Of a DNA stretch of 64,000 bases, positions 47,501-59,670 are shown piece by piece (the stretch's first letter is position 1; each line of letters opens with the position of its first letter). Where the stretch lies: the NCBI GenBank assembly GCA_001724265.1, contig MEDY01000292.1:1-64000 (forward strand). Reading direction: 5' to 3'. The notes beneath the pieces are model-generated. The model worked only from the letters and a program-made list of their open reading frames with translations. It did no database searches and was not told the origin of the DNA. The position numbers and the translations under genes were made by a program. The DNA is from Rhizaria sp. SCN 62-66 (Eukaryota).

Positions 47501-50500
47501 ATGATAAGCACGGGGCACGCAGTGTAGATGACGTTGTAGAGCTGGTACAGGATGTCGTTGAAGAGCTGCTGTCCGGAGAAGGCCGAGTAGCCACCCCAAT
47601 AGAAGGAGCAGAAGGCCAGCAGCGACGCCTTGTAGAACATGAAGATGACGAGCTTGCCGACGCGCGAATACGCCCACACACCGTGCACCAGCAGCATCGT
47701 GTGCAGCATGCGGAACGCGGGGATCGAGTAGTCGGCGCTGTTGGACGCCGCAGTGCCCTCGACGCCGGCGATGCCGACGCCGATGTGCGCGGCCGTGATC
47801 ATCTCCGTATCGTTGGCGCCGTCGCCGATGGCGAGCGTCACTGCCGACGGGAAGTGCGCCGAGACAGAGGTGACCATGCGCTTCTTCATCGCAGGCTCCG
47901 CGCGCGCGAACACCACAGACTTGCACAGCGACGCCAGGAGGAAAAACTGGGAGCGGACGCGCGCCGTGTACGCAGCGTACTCGGCCTCGGCCTCGCTCGC
48001 GCCCATCGCCATCGTCATTGCGGCGCCGCCGCCGAGGTGTGTGCTGTCGCTCACAAGGCCGCCGCTGCTGTAGCCGTACGCACTCGCACTGGAGCTCGCG
48101 TTGTTGTCACTGTTGGTGTAAGTGGTGGGAGTAATAGCAGCAGCGCTAGCGTGGGAGGAAATCGTGCTGTCGGTGGCGAAAATGACCTGGAACGCGTCGC
48201 GCGACACCAGCAACGAGACGGGCTTCGCGCCGTCAGCAGCGGGGACACTTCCCTTCTTGTTGCTGGCGGAGATGGTCACGGGCGAGTACTGCTTCGCAAG
48301 GCCCAGCTTGCGCAACACCGCCTGCGTCTTGCTGACGTCCTCGCCGTCGCCGCCGTCGCCGCCAGCAACAGAAGCAGCCGCAGCGTAAGCAGCGTCAGCG
48401 GCACCGCCGGCATAAGCGCCGAGGGACTTGGCGCCGCCAGGGTACGTGCCCGCGCCGCCCTTGGCGCGCCAGTACTGCGCCAGCCCGTAATCGACGTCGG
48501 CCGCGACGGCCTCGACCGGCGTCGCGGCGTCGCAGAGAGAGAGGAAAGTGCGTAGGAAGCGCGCGCGGGAGACGCGGGTGCGGCTTAACTTGTCGAGCCA
48601 GGCTGACGTCATCGGCGAAGACTCGCTATAAGTGTAGCCGCCGTGAGCGTGGGCGTGAGACGAAGCAGCAGCAGTATCGCCGGCGCCAGCTGAGGGGGCA
48701 CTTAGCCCTGGGTAAGCGGGGATGGCGGGCAGGAACAGCAGGGCGATCTGCGGCAGCGAGAGGTGAGGCCCGTTGATCGCGATCAAGCAGGCCTGCAGCG
48801 ACTGCAGCGTGATAGCGCCTGTGTTGGCCTCGTCGAGTGCGGAAAAAAGCGACAGGATCTGCGCGCACTGGTTCTCGCGCCCCGGGACGACCACGGCTTC
48901 CTCGTCCAGCGCCAGCTCCAGCTCCTCGCTGTTGCTGCTGCTGCTGTTGCTGCTGTCGAGACTCGCGGTGCCGTTCGCAGCGGCAGGCAGCTCGCCCGTG
49001 GTGCCAGGACTGGTCACCGGGGACGAGGCTTGGCTGCTAAGAGCACTGCTGGCGTCGCTTGCGCTATTGTGAGGCGCGAAAGCGGCGCCCGAGGCGAGCC
49101 CCTGCGTCCAGGACGTCGTGACCTCGACGAGGCGCCTGCTCGCACACACCGCGACGCCCAGCGGCAGCGCGCCCGCGGCGGCCGCGGCGGTGACGCCGCT
49201 GCGCGTGGTCTGCAGGCGCGACAGCGAAGGCGACCGCCGGCGCTGGTCGCGGCCAAGGCCGAGACGCGAGCGCGACTGCGAGCGCGATTGCGAGCGTGAC
49301 CGCGACGGGCTGTGCGTGCCGCCGGCGGCCGCGGCGGCAGCGCTCTTGGCGGGGGCGCGGCTGCTCCGGTCGCGGCCGCGGCCGCCGACGCGTTTGGCGC
49401 TGCCATCGTTGTCTGCGGCCGAGCTGGCGTCGTTGTCCTCGTCGGTGGTCGCCGCGAGCGTGATGTTCGGGATGGCATCGTCGACCTCTCCACTTTCCGC
49501 ACTGGAGGCGGCAGTGGGCACAGTGCCCATCATGCTGGGGTCGATCAGGTCGCACGCGAGCGCGATGTTCTTAGCCGTCTCCGTCTTGTCGCCCGTGATC
49601 ATCCACACCTTGACGCCGGCCACGCCCAGGTCGCGGACCGTCTCCGGCACTAGCGTCTGCAGCTTGTCTTCGAGCCCGATCACGCCGAGCAGCGAGAGAC
49701 GCGCACCGCGCTCGCACCAGCTGTAGAAGGCGTCGCGCAGCCGCGTCACGCGCGCGCCAGCCGCGTCGTGGCCCGCGCCGCCCGAGCTCGCAGCGCTCGC
49801 GACGCTGGCGACGCTCGCGGCAGGGCCGTGATGGCCGGCGACAGGCGACAGCAGGCCCAGGGGCGAGGCGGGGCCGGAGGGCTTCGGCGACGTGAGAGCG
49901 CCGGCGGCGCCGCCACCGTGGCCGTGGCCGTGGCCGTTGGCGCCCTTGTTGTTGTTCTCGGAGGCGTCCTGAGCGGCCAGGAGCGTGCGGAGCTGGAGGA
50001 TAGGCGCGGCAGCAGCGAACGCAATGTCGCCCTCGCTGATGCCAGCAGCAGCAGCAGCAGCAACAACAGCAGCAGCTGAGCTAGAGCTGAGACTAGAGCT
50101 AGAGCTAGAGCTAGAGCTAGAGCTAGAAATCGTGATCGCGTTATAGTTGTTGCTCCCTGAGAGAGTGAGCGGCAGCGCTGTCGTCTCATTCGCGCTCGCA
50201 CTCGCGCTCGCGCTCGCAGAGAGCATCGCCGCGGTCTCCATCGTGGTGAGCGCAACGGGGTTCTGCTCCAGCGTCGAAATGCAGTCGAACATGCCCGCGC
50301 GCGCGCCCGCCCACCACTGCGGATGCAGTTGCGCGTAACCCGCCAGGAGCACGCGCAGGCCGTTGGTGGTTGTCGTGCGCAGCTGCTGCTGCAGCGGGTG
50401 GTGCGGGTTGTCGTACCCGAGCAAATCACTCTTGGCACCGCTGCTGCTGCTGCTGCTGCTGCTGCCGTCTTGGGCGTTCGCGTCGCCAGTGTTAGCGTTG

Positions 50501-53500
50501 GGCGCGGTCGTGACGAGCGGCAGCATGACAGTGTCCTGGCCCTTGGTCATAAGCGTGAGCATGCCGTACGTCCGCTTCAGCGCAGAAGCTGAGGCAGGGA
50601 CGGAGACGAACGAGTTCTTGTCGAGGACGCGAAGGTACACCGACGACTCGAAGTTAAGCCGCGTGCTGGCCGGGTTCGCAAGGACCGCGGGGTGCGCGGG
50701 GGACGCCGTGTGGGGGCGGCCGAACAAAGCGCGCTTGGAGAAGCCGCCGCGGCGGCGGCTGTTCTGGTCAGGGGCAGCGCCGTCCTCACTGCTGGGGTTG
50801 TATGTGCAAATGACATCGACGCCAGGCATGTTCGCGCACAGGCCGTCGTTACTCGCGGCGCCAGCAGCGTTAGTTTCAGCAGCACTCGCTGTCTCATCGC
50901 TGCTGTTGCTGCTGTTGTTGTTGTTGCCGCTAAAGCTGGGGACCTGGCGCTGCCACAGCACGCTCACGCGCGCGCGCTTTGACGAAAAGCCGAAGGTGGC
51001 GATGTTGCTGTACCACTCGCAGTGCACGAACGACTCGTGTTCGGCGAGGCTGGGCGTGAGGAACTCGCGCACGTAGAGCAGCGTGCCGTCGCCGGCGGGG
51101 CTGTTCTCGCGCGTGAAGCCGCACGCGGCCGCGAAGCGCACCATGGCCAGCTCCTCGCTCGACTCGAACTGCCAGTCCAGCGAGTTGTCCGGCTTGCGGA
51201 ACGGCTTCGTGGTGCCCGACAGCGCCATGTGGCGCAGGTAGCGAAACACCGCGGTCGCCTCGGCGTTGCGCTGCTTGTGGCCGCAGCCGCCGTTGGCGTC
51301 CTCAGGGCGGGTCCAGTTCGCGGACCAGAGAGTCGTGAGCAGACGAGTGCGCTCGGCGTCGCCAAAGGCGCCCAGCCAGGCCGCGGACGGGCGCAGGGAC
51401 TCGTCCAGAGCGAGCCTGTGAGTTATAATCGGGAAAGATAGAAAGCAGAGAAATAAGATACGAAGTCGGAAAACTTACAGAATAGCCTCTAAGTTTCAAA
51501 AGATGGACAATTTAATTGCATCTCACGATATACAGTCTAAATATAATTATATAATGATAAATGGTCTGGAATACAGTGCAATATTTAATGAAAATCCGTA
51601 CCTGGCACTGCGGCTCTGCTCGCTGTCACCAAGCGACGAGGCGCTGCCGGTGAGGCCGCCGACGAAGCTGCCGCCGCTGGACGCAAGCTGGCGGCGGCCG
51701 GGCGTCATCTCGGTCACCGAGCCCCTGTTGCGGGCCCGCAGCGCGTCGCTCGCGCCGCTTGCCGTGCTCGCAGCCGCACTGCCACCGACGGCGCCGGTCT
51801 TGGCGGCACTGACGGCGGCCAGTGCGGGCGAGGGGGGCGCGCTGTATTCGTTGTAGGTCTCGAACCGCGGCGCGCCGGCGACGCTCGCGCTCATGTCGAT
51901 CTTGGACTTGGAGGCGTTGGCAAAGCTGGGACTGGTGAAGCTGGTGCTGGCGAAGTTGCTGCGCACAGGATCAAGGTTGCTGTTGTTGTTGTTGTTATAA
52001 AACTGCGCACCACCACCAAGGCTGTTGCTGTTGCTGTTGCTGCTGTTCGCCAACGCGAGCGCCTGCGCGTCCGCCTCGGCGCTGGCTGCCTCAGCCTCGG
52101 CCGTCTTTCCAGCCACCGTGCCCGCAGCGACCAAGTTGGCCGCCATGCTGCGCGGCAGGATCGAAAAAATGATCTCGCGGACCTGTTTGCGGTAGAGCGG
52201 CGCGAAGATGCCCTGCGCGGTGTTCCACTGTACTGAGCAGAAGGGCGACATGAAGGGCGTGTTGTACCGCGGGTGCGCGCTGGCCGTGATGAGGGACGAA
52301 TCGTCGAGCATGTCGCGGTACAGCGATGTCGACCAACGGTCCCCCGGGGGCGCGTCCGACACTGCGAAAGCCAGATCGGCGGCCACGGCAGGGGTCGAGG
52401 CCAGCACAGTGCGCGCGCCGCGGGCGCTCTTGGGCAGGCTGACCGCGCTGGTGCTAGCGAGATTAGCGTTCGAGAGAGTCGAGTGCAGAGACGACAGCGA
52501 CGACGGCGCGGGCAAAGCGGAAGCACCGGAGGCGCGGGCGTTGCTCGTGTTGGTGAAGAAGCTGGAGCCGGAGGCAGGCAGCGAGTTGTTGTTAGGGTTG
52601 TTGTTGCTCGGGCCTTGCCCGCTGACTGTGGGGGGCAGCAACGTGGGGAACTCGTGGGTCGTCGAGGATCGAAGTACCCCCTTAGACTGCGCGGCGCGAC
52701 GGCCGCCCTTGGCCCTCTTGCTGCCGCTGCCGGAGCCGAGCTGCTGCTGCTGTTGCATCTTCTTGCGAACCGACTTGGCGATCTCGGTCTCGATCGAGCC
52801 GAAAGAGACCAGGACAGCGGTGGGGGTGACCGCAGACTCGGGCGCGACGCTGGTCACGTTGCCCACGGTCACAATGCCGGCGGCGGCAGCACGGCCAGAG
52901 CCACTCTTAGAGACGACAGCAGTGAAGGTCTTGCCGTCGCCCTCGAACTCGGACTCGCACTCCGAGAGCTCGCCATCGCTGGTGTCACCGCCGGTGTTGT
53001 CACTATTGTGCTGAGCGATGACTGCGTAGCGGAACTCCATCTTGTTCTGGGTGAGCGTGCCAGTCTTGTCGCTGAACACGAAGTCGACCAGTCCCAGGTC
53101 TTCGTGCAGGGTCGAGGTATTGCACTTGACGCCGCGGCCGAGCTTGTTCGACCACAGCCGTAGGTCCCACTCCAAGAGGTACGAGTTGGAGAACTTGACG
53201 AGCTGCGCAGACACGACGAGCGAGATGGGCACCATCGATGACAGCAGAATCATCCAGCTAAAAGTCGCCGCGATGCCGATGACAAGCGCGTCGCCCTCGC
53301 CGACACGTTCGGCGCGCAGATACCAGTGCTTGCTAGCGTTGCCAAGCCAGGCGCCGGCGTAGGCGCCGCCGATGAGGCACAGCAGGATCTGCACAGCGAA
53401 CATGATCGTGATGAAGCGGTCGACGAGCCGCAGCACGCGCGAGGTCTTGACCGGCGACGCCTCGCCTTCGACAATCGAGCGGCGGATCTTGGTGTCGTCC

Positions 53501-55149
53501 GAGGTGTAGACGGTGAGCCCGATGATGAAGTCGCAGTTGCGGAGCACGGTCTCGCGCAGCAGCAGGTGCTTGTGCGAGAGAGGGATTACGGTCGGCGCAG
53601 AGCCCGGCGCGAAGGCGTCCAGAGACTCAGTCGCAGCACTAGTGTTGTTGTTGCTGTTGGGCAGCGGCAGACGCGGGGTGACGGTGAGCGTGCCGCGGAA
53701 CCTGTCGAAGTGGGCGTTGGGCGCCTCAAACCGTACGTGCAGGTCGACCAAACGGAGGCTGTCGCCGCTGCCTTCGCCGCGATCCTCGATCAGCGGCCGA
53801 AGCGCGTGGGGTGCCGACATGACCTCGAGCGTGGTCTCGCCGTTGAGGTTGGCCTTGTCCACGAAGCACTGACCGCGGGGCTCGCTCGAGCCCAGCAGCA
53901 CGAGGTCGCAGGGAATCATCTGGTTCTTGTACACTTTAACTATGGAGCCAATCTTCATGTCGCCGCTGTTGCACACCTCGAACGCCTGGTTGTCATGCAG
54001 CAGCTTGGCGCGGATCGCGTGCCGCTGCGCCGACTCCGCGCTCGCCGCCGCGCCGCCGCCGTCCGCGCCAGCGCCGCCGCCCGCGCCGCCCGCGTTCGCA
54101 GTACTTGCGCCGGTCAGCGGGGGCTCGCCGGGGAGCGTCAGCAGGGACTGCCACTGGATGCGGCGGCGCTTCGAGCTCTGCCCCTCGCACTCGAACAGAT
54201 CGCTCGGGCTCACGACGACCGTGCTGGGGTCGACGGCCACTGCGGTGCTCAGCGACGGGTGCGGCAGCGGCTCCAGCGAGAGCGGCGGCGCGGCCTGGCT
54301 CTGCGAGGGCGTCAGCGTCGGCGTCGTCGTGATCGCCAGCGACAGCGGCAGCGCGGGCGCCTGGTAGTTGTCGCCGGCGGCGTTGCTCTGAGGGTTGTTG
54401 GTCACGATCGCCAGCGAGTGCGGAGTCGCGTACGCGCCTTGAGCACCGTACGCAGCGCCGCGGGTGTGAGCGTTGTGGTTGTAGCTGTAGTTCGAATTGT
54501 TGTTGCCGCCGCCGCCGCCGCTGCCGGTGGAGAAGGGACTCGTGGCGGAGAAGGCGCCGCTGTAGCGAGCGGGCAGCGGCTCGAGACGCCAGTACTTTGT
54601 CTTGTTGCGCGCGGCATCAGCCAGGTGCCGCGAGCGGTCCTCGAGCGCGGCGCGCACGGCGCCAACAAAGATGATAAGCGCGAGCGGCGAGTAGATGGTC
54701 GGGAGCCCGTTGGTGGTGGTGACGGCGGGAATCATCTGGAAGATACCGATGATGAGGAAGTACAGATTCGCGCGGTTTGAGAACTGCAGCAGCGTGTTCT
54801 TCGGCAGGAAGTTCCACCAGGTGTACTGCGAGGTAATGACCTTGTTGTCGTGCGAGTACCGGGGAATATTGGCGAGGTACTTGACGCGGCCGCCGCGGAT
54901 CAAGGCAGCGCGGTCCGAAGGCAAGCCTCCCGCGGCAGCTGCGGCGGCGGCGGCGGCGGCGGACGCAGCGGAGGCCGAGGCGGCCGCCGCAGAGGTGGGA
55001 GGTGAGGAAATGGGCGAAGTAAAGGCGGAGGCCGGCTGGCTGCCGTGGTGGCCGTGGCTGCCGTGGCCGCCGTGGCCGCCGTAGCCCGTGTGCGGCGAGG
55101 AGGGGAGACTGCTACTCGCCCCCGCAGTCCCCGAGGCAGGAGTGCTCAT
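44583..55149 (-). CDS. P4-type ATPase (phospholipid flippase), ~3402 aa; exons 55149-51602, 51415-47218, 47045-44583
   Basis: NKVITSQYTWWNFLPKN..QF..ANLYFL; IPCDLVLL; NLNGET; PISL; FSDKTGTLTQNKMEF; EDKLQ..VPET; WMITGDKTETA; LAIGDGANDTEMI. Introns 51601-51416 and 47217-47046 (GTACG...AG) keep the frame. Ends TAA. Confidence 0.92.
50078..50126. repeat. (GAGCTA)n hexanucleotide tract encoding poly-Ser in the P4-ATPase
   Basis: Directly visible and slightly imperfect. Similar tracts at ~20896-20922 and in other exons. Confidence 0.85.
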
Positions 55150-56648
55150 TGTGGACGAGGTGGGCTTCGCGTGAGAAGCAGGTAAAGCGGGTTCGAAACC
55201 GCCGCGCTAGAAAAAGCTTGGCAAGACGCGGACGGAGAGAAGAGTCGGAAGTTGGATGGCAAAATGCCTGGGGAAAAGAGTGACAGTCCAAGTTGCGAGC
55301 GGTCAAGTCAAGACAGTCGCTCTGCTGGATTCCTATTCAGAAGCAAAGGAACAGGAGTTGCGGCAAGAAAAATATAAATTACGGGTAGAGTTAAATGTGA
55401 GCCTTTGCGTAAAGCCGAAGAATAGGAGAAATACTGTGGCTGGAGAGGGAGATGCGAAAGAAGAAAGAAGTGGGAGATCAAGGAGGGGGCGGTTGACACG
55501 AACAAGCGACATCACACGCAAAATGAATTTATGAAGCTATATGCAAATCACAGTAATGACAAAACACCTGGATCTGTTTGAGCACTTGATATCATTCCTA
55601 TTCAATGATGCTGATGCGAGAAATTCGTCTTCGAAAACGCCTCTCGTGGTCTACGTCTTTGCTAGTCGCGCCACTGCCTGGGCTGCTGGACTCGATCCAC
55701 CACAAGCGTCCTCCGTAAACACTAAAGCACAGATATATCACTGTAAAAAGTGCTTGATGTGTCTATTTTGAACTATAGCTCGGGTTCGTGAAATTTATAT
55801 ATTATATTATGGAATTGCACTAAATTATATTGATTTATATTGTATTAAGCTTCTCTTAGTGTTAGGAGTTGTGCAATTGTTACTTACTCCTCAGTGTTGA
55901 CAACAACTTCTTACGCAGCTGAACACAGATATTAACGTTAAATAACAGAAAAAAGTCTTTTGGCAACCAGTAATAAAAACACTCTGCGTTATTATGTTCG
56001 TGATTGTCTCAAATACTTAGAGATATATCCCATTGGGTTAAGCGAGCGATAACTTGAAAAACACTTGTTGCCATCAGTTGTGCAATGGTGAAGTGCGTAG
56101 TGCTACGAGGGCGAGTTGCAAGTGAAATGTAAGGTGCAAATGTTGGCGGTTTTAATCATGGTGACGTCAACATATCGTTTTATGTTGCTTGTGGCCGACT
56201 CTACACTCTAAAATTACAAGTGTCTCTTGATAATGTCATCTTAGTTCACTGGATAAATCATCAAAACCAATGCCTTTAAGTGCGAAAGCAACGTATAACA
56301 TAAGATACAATTGATATTATGCTTTACTTGAAATTAATCAGAAAGGCTGATATTAATACTGTTTTAAGATCTGGAATGTTGATGCTTGCAAGCAATCGAG
56401 CGCGACCCGACTAGACTCAGCTTTGCCCGCGCAAAGCATCGGAATTTGATAGCGAATATCTCGCGCTTTAATCGTAATAATGTAATTTCTTGACTGGTAC
56501 AGATATTTTCTAGTGTTAAAATTAACTTTCCTTTAATAATATAATCACAGTATATATTCACGTCTCGTAATCCTTGTTTGAATCCTCCCTTAGATCGCGC
56601 CTACAACACGCGCGGCGCGCTTTGGTGGGATCGTCCGTCTCTCCCCCG

Positions 56649-59633
56649 ATGTCGGCGCCACCAACCTCCAGCAAGCTCGAGCGGCTGCGGCGCAACCCAT
56701 CATACGCCGTTAACCCGCTTGTAGGCCTTAGATCCTTTGCGCGCAGGGCATCTGTGTTGCCTCAGTACGGGCCCGCTCTCCCGCCAACCTCATCACACAA
56801 CAGCAACTTCAGTTCGAACAACACCAGCAACAGCGCCACCACCTTTTCTGCTTCTGCTATGGTGGCCACTTCTAGTGTTTCTGCAGCCGCGACGCCCTCA
56901 GCAAGCTTTGGGCCTCGGTCCCGGCTGTCCAACGCGTCCGCTGAGCTAAGCGACCGCGACGACGACGACGACGACGCTGACAATGAGTCGAACAGCGACA
57001 ACATGTACGCCCGTGCGAGTGCCAATGCCAGTTATGATATTCCCATGACAGGAAGCGTTGACGCGCCGCAGCATGTGTCAAAGCGCTCTCGCCTCGCTCC
57101 AGCCGCAATCCCCGTCACCGCCAACAAAGCCAACAACAGTCACATTGCTCGCAATCGCTTTGACGTGCAGCTAGCCCCGTTCTGCGAGCGCTGCGGCCGC
57201 AACATGGCCAACAACAACGCAAACACTGAACTTAATGCTAATTCTGTTAGTATGGCCGCGAATACGAGTGCGAGGGGTGGCATCAGCAGTTTGAGCGAGG
57301 TTTGCCTCTGTTTGCCGCTGAATGCCACCGCATCGTGGTGTTACCGCGGCAACAAGAGCGGCCATGGCATTGATACTGGCAGCGTAGACAACGGTGCTGG
57401 AGCAGCTATCAGTCGCCGCAAGAGCAAGAGCAGCAATCGCGATGCTCCCGGCGGCGACGAGGCTGACGCCTTTTCCAACGCTCCAACTCTAACCAGCTAC
57501 TCGTGTGACACAACGCAGCTGGCTATGGACGACTCTGACATCAGCAAGGCGAGCGGTCAAGCAACTGAGAGTAGCAACGGGTCAGAAACCTCGACAGTTT
57601 CACTCACATGTACGTTTTTCTCGAATTATTATGTCTGAGTATTAACACCTGACACTTCAGACACTTTTATTGAACTTGTTTTGCGATATAACTGACTTAC
57701 ACATCTTTTTGTTTCAATGCATCCCGAACCGTTCCGTAGATTCCTCTTGTCTCCCGCCTCTGCCTGCCTCTGGAACGAGTGCAAGGACAACTGCGAGTGG
57801 GGGCGCGAGTGCTGTATCCGTGCCACAACTCGCCGCCGCCGTCGCCGCCCGCGCCGCCGCGCTATCCAGTATCTGCACGGCCGCGGTCGCGTGCACCGGC
57901 TTGTGGAGCAGTGCGGACGCGCAGAGCAAACTGCTGGCGCTCGCTGCTGCGCTCACGACGACCGCAGGTGAGCCGCGAGCAGCAACAGCAGGAAACACAA
58001 AACTTCCTACAATTTCCAACACAATCACAAACACAAACGCAAACAGCGTCACTAACGCCAACCTTGCTGCCGTATTTGCAAATGCTGCGACTTTGTTTCA
58101 CAACAAGCTGCTGCACTTGACATCGACTGGTGCGAATAACAACAAATGCGACTGCGAGCAGAGTAGCGGCTCTGAGCAGGGGTTGTGGAGCTCGCTTGCG
58201 TGGCTTACTCCGCTCGATGCGCAGAACGGGCGTTTACAGTCATCAAACCCGCATGTTCGTTCTGCCCCAAGGTCTAGTGCGGGTGCGAGCGCTTGTGCGA
58301 GCGTGAGTGATCGTTCTGCTGTTGATGCTGATACCGACGCTGACGCCAACGTGACCGCTGGCGCTGGTGCGTGGGCTGTAACGAGGGCGCTGACGCTCAC
58401 GCCCTCGCTCGCCACCGCTCTCTCGCTCACAAGCACAGCCACCCCGTCTGCGCACACAGCCGCCGCTGGCGGTTCCAGCAATCGCGGTCACACCGCTCCT
58501 GCGAGCGCAAGCGCGAGTACGAGCGTCGCTGCTGATGCGGCGGCGTTTCGGCTCCTGATCTCGACGCCTGCATCAGCACTGCAAGCCGCCCACAGTCACT
58601 CTGCCGCCGCAGCAAGTGCTGTTTACAGTCAGTTGGGAAATGGCAACGTGCCCGCAGCTGAAGCGAGCTTGTTTCACGCGAACTCCACTCTACTGACGGC
58701 GCAAGCGGCTCGCAGTCTATTGACGGCCACTCCGAGTGGTTCCGCTCAGTCTCTCTGTCACGCGACGGAGGCCGCGAGGCTGTTATCTTCTCTCGGTGTC
58801 AAAACAAGGCTTGTGACCGTGAGCAAGCGTTCTCTCTCTGCCAAAGCGAACACTCCTTCTTCTCATGATGGCTTAATATTTGACGCCAGGGACCATGAGC
58901 AGCAGCAACAGCAGTATTGTCGCGGTCACTGTCAGCAAAACACGTCCCCAGTGGTATTATCAGCCACGGCTGCGGGATCAACGTGGCGGCACTTGCTGTC
59001 TGCAGCTGCGGTGAGCGCGCGTGCCGAGGCTGCGGCGAACCTTGCTGCCGCGGGTCTAAGGGGGTACTTAGACCAGGACAACTCGACGCCAACGAAGACA
59101 GATAGGACTGAGACTGGCCCTAGTTCAAGCAGTTCTAGTGCCAGCGAGCAACAACAGCTGCAGCAGCCGCGGTCGTTTGTGTCGTTGCTTGCTTCTAATG
59201 CAACTAACGCACGGCTGTGGCGCTGCGTTGCTCTGCAAGGCGGCGGTAAAGTTAGCGCAAAGCACTTAAGCAACAGCCCTAACGATAATAGTGGTGCGTT
59301 GCTGTTTGTCATGGTCCCTGCGGTTGCTTTAATCCACTTATCCGGCCCTTTTTTCGGCACTGAGAGCTTCGACTCTGTGCCGAGTAAAGTTGAAACACGG
59401 CAAATCAGGTACTGGCACCGCCGTCTGTCGCCATCTGCAGCTACAAACACCACTAAAAACAACACGGCCGCGAACATGAACGCCAACGCTAATGACTCTG
59501 AGACCGACAGTGACACTGACGATGACGACGACGATAATGATGATGATGATGATGATGATGACGGAGACAGTGGCGCTGACAGTGATGACAATGATGTCGA
59601 TGCGATTGCAGACGTGCTACTCCCAACATTAGC

Positions 59634-59670
<37 letters not shown>

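Noticed and set aside
44583-55149. Three separate genes suggested by ORFs 51547..55149, 47197..51249 and 44583..47039
   Set aside because: They are consecutive exons of one P4-ATPase joined by phase-compatible introns.
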